Shown here: piece by piece, positions 18,154 through 26,188 of the stretch
How positions within the stretch are numbered: the first letter of the stretch is position 1
How the letters are laid out: each line of letters starts with the position of its first letter
IMG/VR virus record: IMGVR_UViG_3300035126_000079
Coordinates: 1-63,304 of that record
Direction: 5' to 3' (one strand)
Source: a virus
Lineage: Duplodnaviria > Caudoviricetes
Length of the DNA: 63,304 bases
Made by a program: the position numbers and the translations under genes
The notes under the pieces: model-generated
Told to the model about the DNA's origin: nothing
The model's database searches: none
Seen by the model: the letters and a program-made list of their open reading frames with translations, nothing else

Positions 18154-19002
18154 TTACCATTCAAATTTCTTAATGATTGCATCTACCTTAGCCTTGACCT
18201 CGGTGCGATGTTGTTCGCTATCCTTGATTGCCTCTATGTCAGTACCTAACATTGTTAGCTCTAATTCCTTGCGTGCTTCCTCCAACTTGGGGTCGTTGGT
18301 GATGTTCATCTTAGTAAGCAAAGCACAAAGCTCTAGCGGGTTGCTCACCAATGTGTCGTGGTAACGCTTCTTACCACCCGATGTGTCGTCGAGTTTCTTA
18401 GACATGCCTACTAGCATTTCATGTAACCGCTCCCATGGCTCACGCATAGCGTCAGCTAGCTTGTTGTCTTGTTGTGCGCTGAACTCTGCTTGCATCTCGG
18501 CTAAGTCATTCGCAGGTATATCTAAGCGAAAATCACCCGCCTCGGGTACAGGCTTGACTGTTCTACGAAACCCAAACTTCAGCTTCACTTCTTCAAGCTC
18601 GGGATAGTCCTCGGCTCTGTACATCTTGCCTAGGTGCGTAGGTGCATCCTTCACTAGCTCAGGGTATGCGTGAAAGAATGAGCCGCACATGGCATTGAAC
18701 GTCTGCTCGTATGCGTTCATGGTCTGTTTGTATTCCATAAACAAGGCAGTCGGCAACATACGCTCGCCCTTGTCTGCCCATGGTAGCGTTCGCTGATTGT
18801 GATAGAGACGAACCTTGGCGGCAAAGTTCTCGATCTCCTTACGCAAGTTAGTACCTGCGAATAGGTTCTTGTGGACACGCGCTGCGTCTACGACTGCTGA
18901 TGCGTCAGTATTCACTTGCGCCGTTGTATCGCGGTCTAGCTTTGATGCAGGCCACACGCTGATGTTCAATTCCACTAACACTGCTGATGAACTAATACTC
19001 AT
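18154..19002 (-). CDS. DUF3150-like protein associated with the AAA/vWA cluster
   Basis: LVELNISVW...K.D, RTLPW, YP...V..KF pattern; neighbours the MoxR/vWA genes. Confidence 0.55.
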   Translation of the reverse strand: MSISSSAVLVELNISVWPASKLDRDTTAQVNTDASAVVDAARVHKNLFAGTNLRKEIENFAAKVRLYHNQRTLPWADKGERMLPTALFMEYKQTMNAYEQTFNAMCGSFFHAYPELVKDAPTHLGKMYRAEDYPELEEVKLKFGFRRTVKPVPEAGDFRLDIPANDLAEMQAEFSAQQDNKLADAMREPWERLHEMLVGMSKKLDDTSGGKKRYHDTLVSNPLELCALLTKMNITNDPKLEEARKELELTMLGTDIEAIKDSEQHRTEVKAKVDAIIKKFEW

Positions 19003-19196
19003 TTCTTATCTCCATATACGTTGTTTGCGATTGTGGCAAAGCGGTTAATTGCTTCGAACTTGGATACTTTGTTGGTCTTAAATGTATAAGCCAAGGTCAT
19101 AGCTAAGATAACCATGCCCTCGCCATTAGAAACTTCTTGCTCAGCGAACCGCTTAACGATTCGTATACCTTCGTTCTTCATTTCTTCAGGTGTCAT
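18999..19196 (-). CDS. Hypothetical protein
   Basis: Tightly packed ORF. Confidence 0.65.
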   Translation of the reverse strand: MTPEEMKNEGIRIVKRFAEQEVSNGEGMVILAMTLAYTFKTNKVSKFEAINRFATIANNVYGDKK

Positions 19197-19197
19197 T

Positions 19198-19449
19198 TCA
19201 TTTCTCCTGTGGTTTACCGGCTAATCTAGCCATTTGATATTTACTGTCACCTATGATCTGCATACTGAAGTTGGCTTCGTTCGGGTACACATGGTAGGTG
19301 TACGTTTCAGTCATGCCCAACTCTTTGCGCTTGTCCTCACTCCACCATTTCTCTTCGTACACTTCTGCACTCTCTAAGACTTCCACTAACTGCATGGCTT
19401 TCTCTTTGGGCATGATGTACTTCTTGTATCCAATATCTACTACTACCAT
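19198..19449 (-). CDS. Hypothetical protein
   Basis: Start MVVVDIG follows RBS GGAGG. Confidence 0.7.
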   Translation of the reverse strand: MVVVDIGYKKYIMPKEKAMQLVEVLESAEVYEEKWWSEDKRKELGMTETYTYHVYPNEANFSMQIIGDSKYQMARLAGKPQEK

Positions 19450-19459
19450 ACTGCCTCCC

Positions 19460-20635
19460 TTAATCTTGAATATGAATCGTTCTGCCATTGTCAGAAACCG
19501 CATCGTTACCTCCTGTGATTACCCACATAGTCGGTGCAGTCCATTCGCTACCCCAGTTGGGTACATAGCCATCGGTCAACACGATGATGCACTCGGGCTT
19601 GATAACCTCGTCACGCAAGTATTGAGATACGCAACTAGGGTCAGTGCCCCCGCCACCCTTGGGTTTGGTCGAGCTAACAATGTTAGATACTTCCGCACCC
19701 TCATACTTCTCATGCCCCGCTACATCACCATCCCAATAGATCAAGTCCACCATCTCGGGGTTGACTTCTTCTGCCACGCCTTTCACCTCGGCTAAGAATT
19801 CGTCAAGCTCACGCCCACCGATGGAGCCCGATGTGTCAATGGCTACTACGATGTGTCCAACCTTCTCACCGATCATGCTTGGCATATACGTACCGGCAGA
19901 CAAGTATCTGCGGTTGACTCTGCGCCATGACGATGTGTCCTTGTTGTGGCATGTGGCTTTCACATATTCACGTAGTTCCTCACGCCAGTTGATCTTGGGT
20001 TGTAAGTGTTCATCAATCTCACGCCCCACACCACCCGCACCTTTGCCGTGTGCCTTCTCATGTGCCATGACACCCTGACGAATAGCTTGGTCGATCTCAC
20101 GCTCAAGGGTTTTCTTCTCCTCCTCGGTCATCTCTCTTGCACCATCCCAATCGTGGTCATCGAACCCACCACCCCCATCGCTCTCTTCGAGTAGGTCGAA
20201 CACTTGCTTGGAGTTCATGCCCTTGAACTGTGGGTCGTACAGTCCCATGCGCTGACCCTTCATAACCCCATCCTTGTACTTAGGCATGGAAATCACATCC
20301 TCGTTGGGGTCGAGTTCATGAAGCATCAGGTTAATAACGTAGTCACAAGCACTGTTGGCACGGCTATGGTTCTCGTCATTGAGTTTCTTCCATGTAGTCA
20401 AGTGTCTGTACATCTTGTGTGACACCTCATGCGCCACGACAAATGCCAATTCTTTGTCGGTCAAAGCCGCCACAAACTTACGCCCATACTTCTCATCCCT
20501 ACCATTGGTAGACGCAGTGGGTATGTCATCCACTACGCTAGTACGACCAACCATCATCACACCTTGGAGTAAGGCGAACTTAGGATTACGCATGAGCGTG
20601 ATCTTGGCTTTCTGCAATTTACGTTCTTCTAACAT
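19460..20635 (-). CDS. DUF2201-type metallopeptidase + vWA domain protein
   Basis: AHEVSH (HExxH), MIDAS DTSGS, GGGGTD and LTDGY motifs. Confidence 0.9.
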   Translation of the reverse strand: MLEERKLQKAKITLMRNPKFALLQGVMMVGRTSVVDDIPTASTNGRDEKYGRKFVAALTDKELAFVVAHEVSHKMYRHLTTWKKLNDENHSRANSACDYVINLMLHELDPNEDVISMPKYKDGVMKGQRMGLYDPQFKGMNSKQVFDLLEESDGGGGFDDHDWDGAREMTEEEKKTLEREIDQAIRQGVMAHEKAHGKGAGGVGREIDEHLQPKINWREELREYVKATCHNKDTSSWRRVNRRYLSAGTYMPSMIGEKVGHIVVAIDTSGSIGGRELDEFLAEVKGVAEEVNPEMVDLIYWDGDVAGHEKYEGAEVSNIVSSTKPKGGGGTDPSCVSQYLRDEVIKPECIIVLTDGYVPNWGSEWTAPTMWVITGGNDAVSDNGRTIHIQD

Positions 20636-20637
20636 TG

Positions 20638-20901
20638 TTAGGTTCCTTCTATGTGTCGTTGCTTGTTAATCATGTCGGCAAATAACTTCGCCTCTTCAAA
20701 CGTGTCATGCACTGATATAACCTTTTGGGTATCAAGAAATGCACTCTTGTAATCCTTGGCGTCAACCAATTCATACTTGCCTGTGTAGTAGAGTTGGGAG
20801 GGCATGGTGTTCACTATCTTGAACTTCGGGTCATGCTTGCTCTTGTCTACTGTCGTTTGCCTACGCACAAATGCGTTACCAATCTTAGAGAAGGTCATCA
20901 C
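20638..20901 (-). CDS. Hypothetical protein between AAA and vWA genes
   Basis: Coupled ORF; RBS GGGGG. Confidence 0.6.
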   Translation of the reverse strand: MMTFSKIGNAFVRRQTTVDKSKHDPKFKIVNTMPSQLYYTGKYELVDAKDYKSAFLDTQKVISVHDTFEEAKLFADMINKQRHIEGT

Positions 20902-21125
20902 ATCCCCCCTTCGATTAGTAACTTAGCCATAAGCAGTAACTCTTGTAAGGTTTCAAAGTCATGTATCTTGCGGAAGTCCTGTCTGCTCTCCACTTGGTAC
21001 AAAATATATCGTTGCTTACCATCGTCATCTTGATACCCACCCACCGCATACCCTGCTTCATGTAGCTTGGTATAAGAGAATGGGTTAGGAATCCAAACTT
21101 CATCCTTAGGCTTAGAGTAAGTCAT
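20898..21125 (-). CDS. Hypothetical protein between AAA and vWA genes
   Basis: Start MTYSKP overlaps the AAA 3' end. Confidence 0.55.
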   Translation of the reverse strand: MTYSKPKDEVWIPNPFSYTKLHEAGYAVGGYQDDDGKQRYILYQVESRQDFRKIHDFETLQELLLMAKLLIEGGM

Positions 21126-22179
21126 GGTTCTTAGCCACCCAATCAGCGAACGCCTTGCAACTGAACGCAATGCTCTGTTTGCTTGGTGTCTTGGCAATGT
21201 TGATAGCGAACACCGCTTGCCACTCTGCATCGAATCGGTTCAAGTACTCCATGAATGGGGCAATGGTTGTCTTGTCTACCCGAGCAATCGCACCGAATAC
21301 CACAATGGCACATGCACCCGCTGACGTAGGTATTGCCGTGGTCTTGGGATGCGTGATCGTTGACTCCCATGTCGGCAACTGATCTGAGAACTCAATGTAT
21401 GCTTGCATATCCCGAGCGGCTGACTCACCCACCGCACCTGACAAAGCCGCAATCACAGTCTCGGGGTCGTTATCTTTGCGAGACCTAACAATGTTAGACG
21501 CTGTCTCAAGCGAGCGTGGTGATACGAAAGCCTTCTGAGAGTTCTTAGGGTTGTAGATGTAGGGGTTGTCGCCTTGCCCTGCGTCTGTGTAGCTAGCCAT
21601 TGCATGAGGGAAACGATTCACCCAAGCAATCACCTCGGGCTCGATACCCTTACCGATAGCCCACTCAATCCACTGCTCGGCATCGGGTTTGCTGATCGTT
21701 ACGGGAACCAGTCGGTTACGGCTATGCGCTTTCAGGTTATCGCCCACGCCGTCTGTTGAAAGGTTACCAGTAAGAAAGACAATGGTAGTACTCGGGTCAA
21801 GCGGTATGTCACCGAGTCTAGGGTTTGCCTTCTCTAGCATAGGGTGAAGCATATTCTTCACGGGTTCTGCACCCTTGGTGAACTCATCGAGCATGATGAC
21901 CATGGGTTTGCCAGTATGAATACCAAAGCGTGCGTTGGGGTAATACCTAGTGGTCTTGGTATCGTGGTCGATCACAGGCATGGCAATGTCGCCCAAGTCC
22001 ATGTTCGGCACGTCTATGTATGCGTACTCGTAGCCCAAGCCGTTAGCAATACTCTCCAATAGGGAAGACTTCCCGATTCCTGGCTCACCTTGTAGGAGAA
22101 AGCGCGTAGTAGGATTGGTGCGAATCAGGTTCGCGGCTTGTTTGAGGGTAATTGATTTACCGAATTTGATCTCTGACAT
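21112..22179 (-). CDS. MoxR-like AAA+ ATPase
   Basis: GEPGIGKS, MLDE, LTGN, SRNR (Arg finger) and SPRS (sensor II). Confidence 0.9.
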   Translation of the reverse strand: MSEIKFGKSITLKQAANLIRTNPTTRFLLQGEPGIGKSSLLESIANGLGYEYAYIDVPNMDLGDIAMPVIDHDTKTTRYYPNARFGIHTGKPMVIMLDEFTKGAEPVKNMLHPMLEKANPRLGDIPLDPSTTIVFLTGNLSTDGVGDNLKAHSRNRLVPVTISKPDAEQWIEWAIGKGIEPEVIAWVNRFPHAMASYTDAGQGDNPYIYNPKNSQKAFVSPRSLETASNIVRSRKDNDPETVIAALSGAVGESAARDMQAYIEFSDQLPTWESTITHPKTTAIPTSAGACAIVVFGAIARVDKTTIAPFMEYLNRFDAEWQAVFAINIAKTPSKQSIAFSCKAFADWVAKNHDLL

Positions 22180-22265
22180 ATCTAACCTTTCTGATTGTGC
22201 CTAACATTGTTAGGCGTTTCTAATTTACTCTGCATTTTTGACGTAGTTTTCCCACATCAGCTTAT

Positions 22266-22294
22266 ATTATACCACATTGTTATAGCAATGTCAA
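22266..22294 (-). promoter_or_regulatory. Consensus sigma70 early promoter
   Basis: TTGACA-17-TATAAT with extended TG; the spacer holds a degenerate palindrome site (TAACAATGTGG). Confidence 0.9.
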
Positions 22295-22315
22295 GTCCTT
22301 TCGTCATGGGTCTGA

Positions 22316-23464
22316 CTAAAGAACTCCTCTCCTCAACCTTTCTTCCTGTAATCGTTTGACCTCCTCCTCTGTCGGCATCTTTGTTATGTATGCTTCGTAC
22401 TTGTCGTTGGGCAACTGATTCGGTTTGAGTGGTCGCTTCTCGATCATCTCATCGCTATGCCATTGCATCATGATCTTGTCCAGCATCCGCTCGACTGCGC
22501 TTACTGAAATATCCACAACCACATCCTCTCCTTCCTTTGGCGCTCTGTGTATGTACGGCATCGCCATACCTAACAATGTTAGGGTTATCCGATAGTAGTT
22601 GTCGACCTTCCCATCTTCGAGTTGGTCATCGCGTATCGCTGCAAAGAAACTCTTGCACTGCTTAGAGTATGCAGACCACAGGGTCTCCTCTGGGTTCGCA
22701 TCATCGTGCAACAACGACAAGCATCTGTAACCCTGCGGTTTGAACTCGATGAGCTTCACCGAATCAAGGTCGGGCTTCCACACAGTCTCCTTCCCCGAGG
22801 CTTTTATCCCACGCCATGCCGTCTGCTCTTTGTACTCGTACCCAATGCAGTCGGCAATCTCCATCATGGACATACGAATGTCTCTGCCTTCCACATCTTT
22901 GCGCAGGGACAGGAACCCACCGAAGTACTTCATGAACCCTGAGTATTGAGACCTAACAATGTTAGATGCCTTGCGGTTAACGTAGTACGAATAGATGGTT
23001 TCTTTGCTGTCCACACTCAGGCACTCGCCTTCACAACTTAATGTTAGCGAGCCGTTCTGTTTAAGCACATGGCGTTCAGCATCCACGATGATGCCCACCT
23101 TCTTGCGGTCTAGCCAAGCGGGTATATCTAGCACCCGCCCGATCATCCCTGACTCCATCAGTCCCATGTACTTAGGTGTGATGATGATCTTGTTGTCAGG
23201 CGTGAACGTGAGCAGGGGCGAGCGGTAACTAAGCAACTCGATGTTCCCACCCTCACCTTCTCGGATTGAATAGATGTCAATGTCCTCACGCCTACCCAAT
23301 GGGATGCAAGGTGTCGGGTTGTCGCGGTCGTACTTGTCGCGTGTCTCGGGTGTGCGCCCCCGAATGGGTTTGGTTTTCTTGAGGCGTGCCATTGCATCTG
23401 CGTGGCTACGGACAATCGGCAAATAGTAGGTTGAGGCATGAAGCCCCGTCTGTCTTTCTTTCAT
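22316..23464 (-). CDS. Hypothetical early protein
   Basis: 382-aa ORF with RBS GGAG; contains two palindrome copies. Confidence 0.8.
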   Translation of the reverse strand: MKERQTGLHASTYYLPIVRSHADAMARLKKTKPIRGRTPETRDKYDRDNPTPCIPLGRREDIDIYSIREGEGGNIELLSYRSPLLTFTPDNKIIITPKYMGLMESGMIGRVLDIPAWLDRKKVGIIVDAERHVLKQNGSLTLSCEGECLSVDSKETIYSYYVNRKASNIVRSQYSGFMKYFGGFLSLRKDVEGRDIRMSMMEIADCIGYEYKEQTAWRGIKASGKETVWKPDLDSVKLIEFKPQGYRCLSLLHDDANPEETLWSAYSKQCKSFFAAIRDDQLEDGKVDNYYRITLTLLGMAMPYIHRAPKEGEDVVVDISVSAVERMLDKIMMQWHSDEMIEKRPLKPNQLPNDKYEAYITKMPTEEEVKRLQEERLRRGVL

Positions 23465-23466
23465 GA

Positions 23467-23640
23467 TTACTCCATTAGTTCTGATTGCGCACGCAGGCGC
23501 AGGGCTTTCACATTCTTCAGCGTGGGGTACTTCAGGCAGAAGCGTTCCCTTGCGGTGCTTATATCTTTAGCCTCGGCAATCTCGGTCACCCAATAGCCGA
23601 AGCGGTTACTCCATCCTGTCATTACGTATTTAGCTAACAT
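23467..23640 (-). CDS. Small hypothetical protein (57 aa)
   Basis: Translated by hand: MLAKYVMTGWSNRFGYW...; RBS AAGGAGG; ATG lies inside a palindrome copy. Confidence 0.7.
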   Translation of the reverse strand: MLAKYVMTGWSNRFGYWVTEIAEAKDISTARERFCLKYPTLKNVKALRLRAQSELME

Positions 23641-23839
23641 TGTTATCCTCCTTGATTAAATCGTAGTACATTCGTACCTGTTTCTTTGTACCCTGTGCTA
23701 GTAGCACCACGTTGTTTGCCTCGTTAGGCACGTTCAGGTGGCTCTCGACTATGCGTTGGTATCGGTAATCCCTCTCGTTAAACATAACAATAATGTCGTA
23801 ACTAGGCACTCGGCAAAGGTAGTAGGTCTCCTCCATCAT
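23630..23839 (-). CDS. Hypothetical protein
   Basis: MMEETYYL..., ATGA-coupled to the upstream ORF. Confidence 0.65.
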   Translation of the reverse strand: MMEETYYLCRVPSYDIIVMFNERDYRYQRIVESHLNVPNEANNVVLLAQGTKKQVRMYYDLIKEDNNVS

Positions 23840-23925
23840 GGTCTCCAATAAAGTAGGTCAAGTGCAAGCACTATGCAAGCACACAAAATAACAATGCGCT
23901 CGATCTTTTCCCATCGGGTCATCAT
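23836..23925 (-). CDS. Tiny membrane peptide (29 aa)
   Basis: MMTRWEKIERIVILCACIVLALDLLYWRP; ATGA-coupled on both sides. Confidence 0.65.
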   Translation of the reverse strand: MMTRWEKIERIVILCACIVLALDLLYWRP

Positions 23926-24101
23926 GGTGCTTCCCCCTTGGTTTGCTCGCATAGTTCATCGAGCGTGAAGTAAACGTTTTCCAGTCTGCCCCGCACCTCA
24001 TGGCGGTTACGGATACTGTCGATATTGTTTAGGGCATAGCGCAGTTGGTCTCTCATGCGTGTGAACTCGTCATGCAGTTCGTCTCTGTATTCATCTAACA
24101 T
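23922..24101 (-). CDS. Small hypothetical protein (59 aa)
   Basis: MLDEYRDELHDEF...; RBS AAGGAG; ATG lies inside a palindrome copy. Confidence 0.7.
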   Translation of the reverse strand: MLDEYRDELHDEFTRMRDQLRYALNNIDSIRNRHEVRGRLENVYFTLDELCEQTKGEAP

Positions 24102-24342
24102 TGTTAGGCTCCTTCATGTCCTTCATTAGGATTACTAGGTCTTCGATCAAGTCTTGGATGCAGTCGCCTCGGATTGCGTGAACGGGCTCAACGCCTAAGT
24201 CTTCCGCCATCTGCATCACATCCGCAAACAACTTGTCCCATCCCGCAGTCCAGTCGGTCATGTCGTACCAACCGATTGGGTAGATTTCGTGGTCGGAGAA
24301 CAAATAGCCCCAGTACATCATCCCTGTATCTTCTTTGGTCAT
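24091..24342 (-). CDS. Acidic hypothetical protein
   Basis: Coupled ORF; ends across a palindrome copy. Confidence 0.65.
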   Translation of the reverse strand: MTKEDTGMMYWGYLFSDHEIYPIGWYDMTDWTAGWDKLFADVMQMAEDLGVEPVHAIRGDCIQDLIEDLVILMKDMKEPNNVR

Positions 24343-24563
24343 CCTCGCAACTCCTTTTGGTTTGTTTGCTTAAGTGTTACCCGTGCGCTCGCAGGTGTAA
24401 CAAGTTGGTAGTTGCCCTTGCCGTATTCTTGGACTACGCACCAACTCATGCGTTCTTCTCGGGCGGCTTCTTCACCGCAGAATAGGCAGACTCGGTAGCC
24501 TAGTGACCACCGCTCACTGTGTATATCGTCACCGCAGTTGCGGCACTCTTTCCAATCATTCAT
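24339..24563 (-). CDS. Zn-finger protein (DksA/TraR C4-like)
   Basis: CRNCGDDI...R...GYRVCLFC; first gene after the 24704 promoter. Confidence 0.65.
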   Translation of the reverse strand: MNDWKECRNCGDDIHSERWSLGYRVCLFCGEEAAREERMSWCVVQEYGKGNYQLVTPASARVTLKQTNQKELRG

Positions 24564-24675
24564 ACATCTAACCTTTCTAATGAGCCTAACAATGTTAGGG
24601 TGCTTCTAACGGGCGGGATTGCCCGTATCTGCCGAGCAAGCTCGTCAGTAGATGGTTTTCTCCCATCTAACTTAT

Positions 24676-24704
24676 ATTATACCACATTGTTATGTCAAAG
24701 TCAA
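24676..24704 (-). promoter_or_regulatory. Sigma70 early promoter (near copy of the 22266 promoter)
   Basis: TTGACT-17-TATAAT; shares ATAACAATGTGGTATAATATAAG with the 22266 promoter. Confidence 0.88.
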
Positions 24705-24724
24705 GTTCTTTAGTCTTGGGTGTG

Positions 24725-25175
24725 ACGAAAGGTAATGTTATAAAGTTATGTTATATTTTAAGTGGGGTCAGCAGTAGGGTTATTGTGGAGGGGCAGAAAT
24801 GGGATGTTATGAAAGCAAATGGGGGTGCGTTATGAAAAAAGGGGAAATGTAACGAAAATTAGGGTAAACGTAACGTGAAACGTAACACGGGGTTCTCCTC
24901 TGTAAAATGGGTTTTTTTAATATAATGTTATAATGTTATGTGTTTTTTAAGAAAGGGTATGTGGTCTCCAAAATTATTTGCGTAATACGTTTTGCACTTC
25001 TGAGGTCTTTCGTTGCCTCATAACTTTTGGGAGGTCGACACCCATTATGCCAAAAACACGTAACTTTATAACTTTCTAGGTTTCATGCGGGTTCCCAGCG
25101 TTTCGTAACGTAACAAAGCCCTTTTTTCCGTAACATTAGACGTAACATTGCACAAAGTTACATAACATTGTTAGG
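24725..25175. other. Non-coding AT-rich region dense in GTTA/TAAC pentamer-hexamer repeats (candidate replication origin)
   Basis: More than 15 (C/T)GTTA(T/C) or (G/A)TAAC units; no ORF of 60 aa or more. Confidence 0.5.
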
Positions 25176-25253
25176 TCGCTTGCTACCGCCGCCCAGAGAA
25201 CTGGCATTCAGATCGAGGTCACTTGCTACTGCCGACCAGAGAACTGGCATTCA
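25173..25253. repeat. 38-bp tandem direct repeat, two copies (43-bp period)
   Basis: AGGTC(G/A)CTTGCTAC(C/T)GCCG(C/A)CCAGAGAACTGGCATTCA at 25173 and 25216; 3 mismatches. Confidence 0.9.
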
Positions 25254-25301
25254 AAAAACCCCGCAAAAAAAGACCTAACATTGTTAGGTCGGTTTAGACG
25301 C

Positions 25302-25325
25302 AAAAAAGCCCGCACTAGGCGGGCT
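25302..25325 (-). terminator. Intrinsic terminator
   Basis: AGCCCGC-5nt-GCGGGCT plus T-run; a second hairpin GGTAAGGG/CCCTTACC lies at 25333-25352. Confidence 0.85.
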
Positions 25326-25359
25326 CAGGATGGGGTAAGGGTTTCCCCTTACCTGTGGT

Positions 25360-25854
25360 TTACTCGATTGCGCCTGTATCAACACCGAGGGCAATCAAAG
25401 CCGAGGTGATGTAGGTTTGCGCATCTTGCTCACGATCGCTCAGGCTCTCAGCGTTCTTGCAAGCTTTGAACAACGTGCTCAGTTCCTCGATCAATCGGAG
25501 GTTGAGTGAGCGATTGTGGCGTGCACCTACTGACGTATCGGTTGAACCCTCGGTTTTCTCGGGCTTGCCCTCGATGTGCTCTTGTGCATACTTGCGAACC
25601 CGAGCCCAAACTGTTGACGGGTTTGTGTGCTCTGCTTCGTTCAATGCTTTGAACAATGCTTTCTTTTCCGCATGAACTTGCTTTGCATCCTCACCCTTGT
25701 CATTGTGCTCGACAAGATACCATTCAACCGGTAACACTTCGCAAAGCTTTTCAGCATAGTCACGCTCAGCGCCGTATGCACGTTTGACCGCATCGGCAAC
25801 ACCCTGACGCAAATCGGACAAGGACAAAGTGGAAATTGTAGTAACTGTTGACAT
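25360..25854 (-). CDS. Monocistronic immediate-early hypothetical protein
   Basis: Has its own promoter (25928) and terminator (25302); contains NPSTVWARVRKYA. Confidence 0.8.
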   Translation of the reverse strand: MSTVTTISTLSLSDLRQGVADAVKRAYGAERDYAEKLCEVLPVEWYLVEHNDKGEDAKQVHAEKKALFKALNEAEHTNPSTVWARVRKYAQEHIEGKPEKTEGSTDTSVGARHNRSLNLRLIEELSTLFKACKNAESLSDREQDAQTYITSALIALGVDTGAIE

Positions 25855-25927
25855 GATCTAATAACCTCTAATGAAACCCAGTAAACGGACTAGGAAACCG
25901 CCACAAGCATTTTGCTTGCTTGAATAT

Positions 25928-25956
25928 ATTATACCACAAAAAAGTGGCAATATCAA
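25928..25956 (-). promoter_or_regulatory. Sigma70 early promoter
   Basis: TTGATA-17-TATAAT with extended TG; palindrome copy ~20 bp upstream at 25977. Confidence 0.85.
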
Positions 25957-26188
25957 TTTTCCCGTGAACAATAATTACATAACATTGTTATGTCGTTTCA
26001 AAAAAAGTTCAAAGGCAAAAGGGTACGGGAGGTGGGGACACCAAATGACCAAAGAGGAATCCTAGAAATACCCTACACACTGTGGAGCTCAAACGATCTC
26101 GCGTTTTAAAATTCCACCCTCCCCCTTTTTGGGGGAAGTTCGGGAACACCCCCCGGGTCTAAGTAAAAACCCTAATCACAAAAAATTT

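Larger units (their letters stand above)
14176..25993. repeat. Dispersed palindromic operator-like repeat (CC)TAACA[A/T]TGTTA(GG), 16 copies
   Basis: Copies start at about 14176, 17236, 17541, 18245, 19674, 20629, 21484, 22199, 22569, 22952, 23634, 24095, 24585, 25163, 25272 and 25977. Confidence 0.9.

Noticed and set aside
23036-23047. Additional palindrome copy (ACTTAATGTTAG)
   Set aside because: Only the right half matches, so it was not counted.
25173-25253. Mini-CRISPR array
   Set aside because: Only two units with a 5-bp gap and no cas operon.
14176-25993. Palindrome as a LexA SOS box or CtrA site
   Set aside because: It does not match CTGT-N8-ACAG, GTTC-N7-GTTC or TTAA-N7-TTAA. A host regulator cannot be fully excluded.
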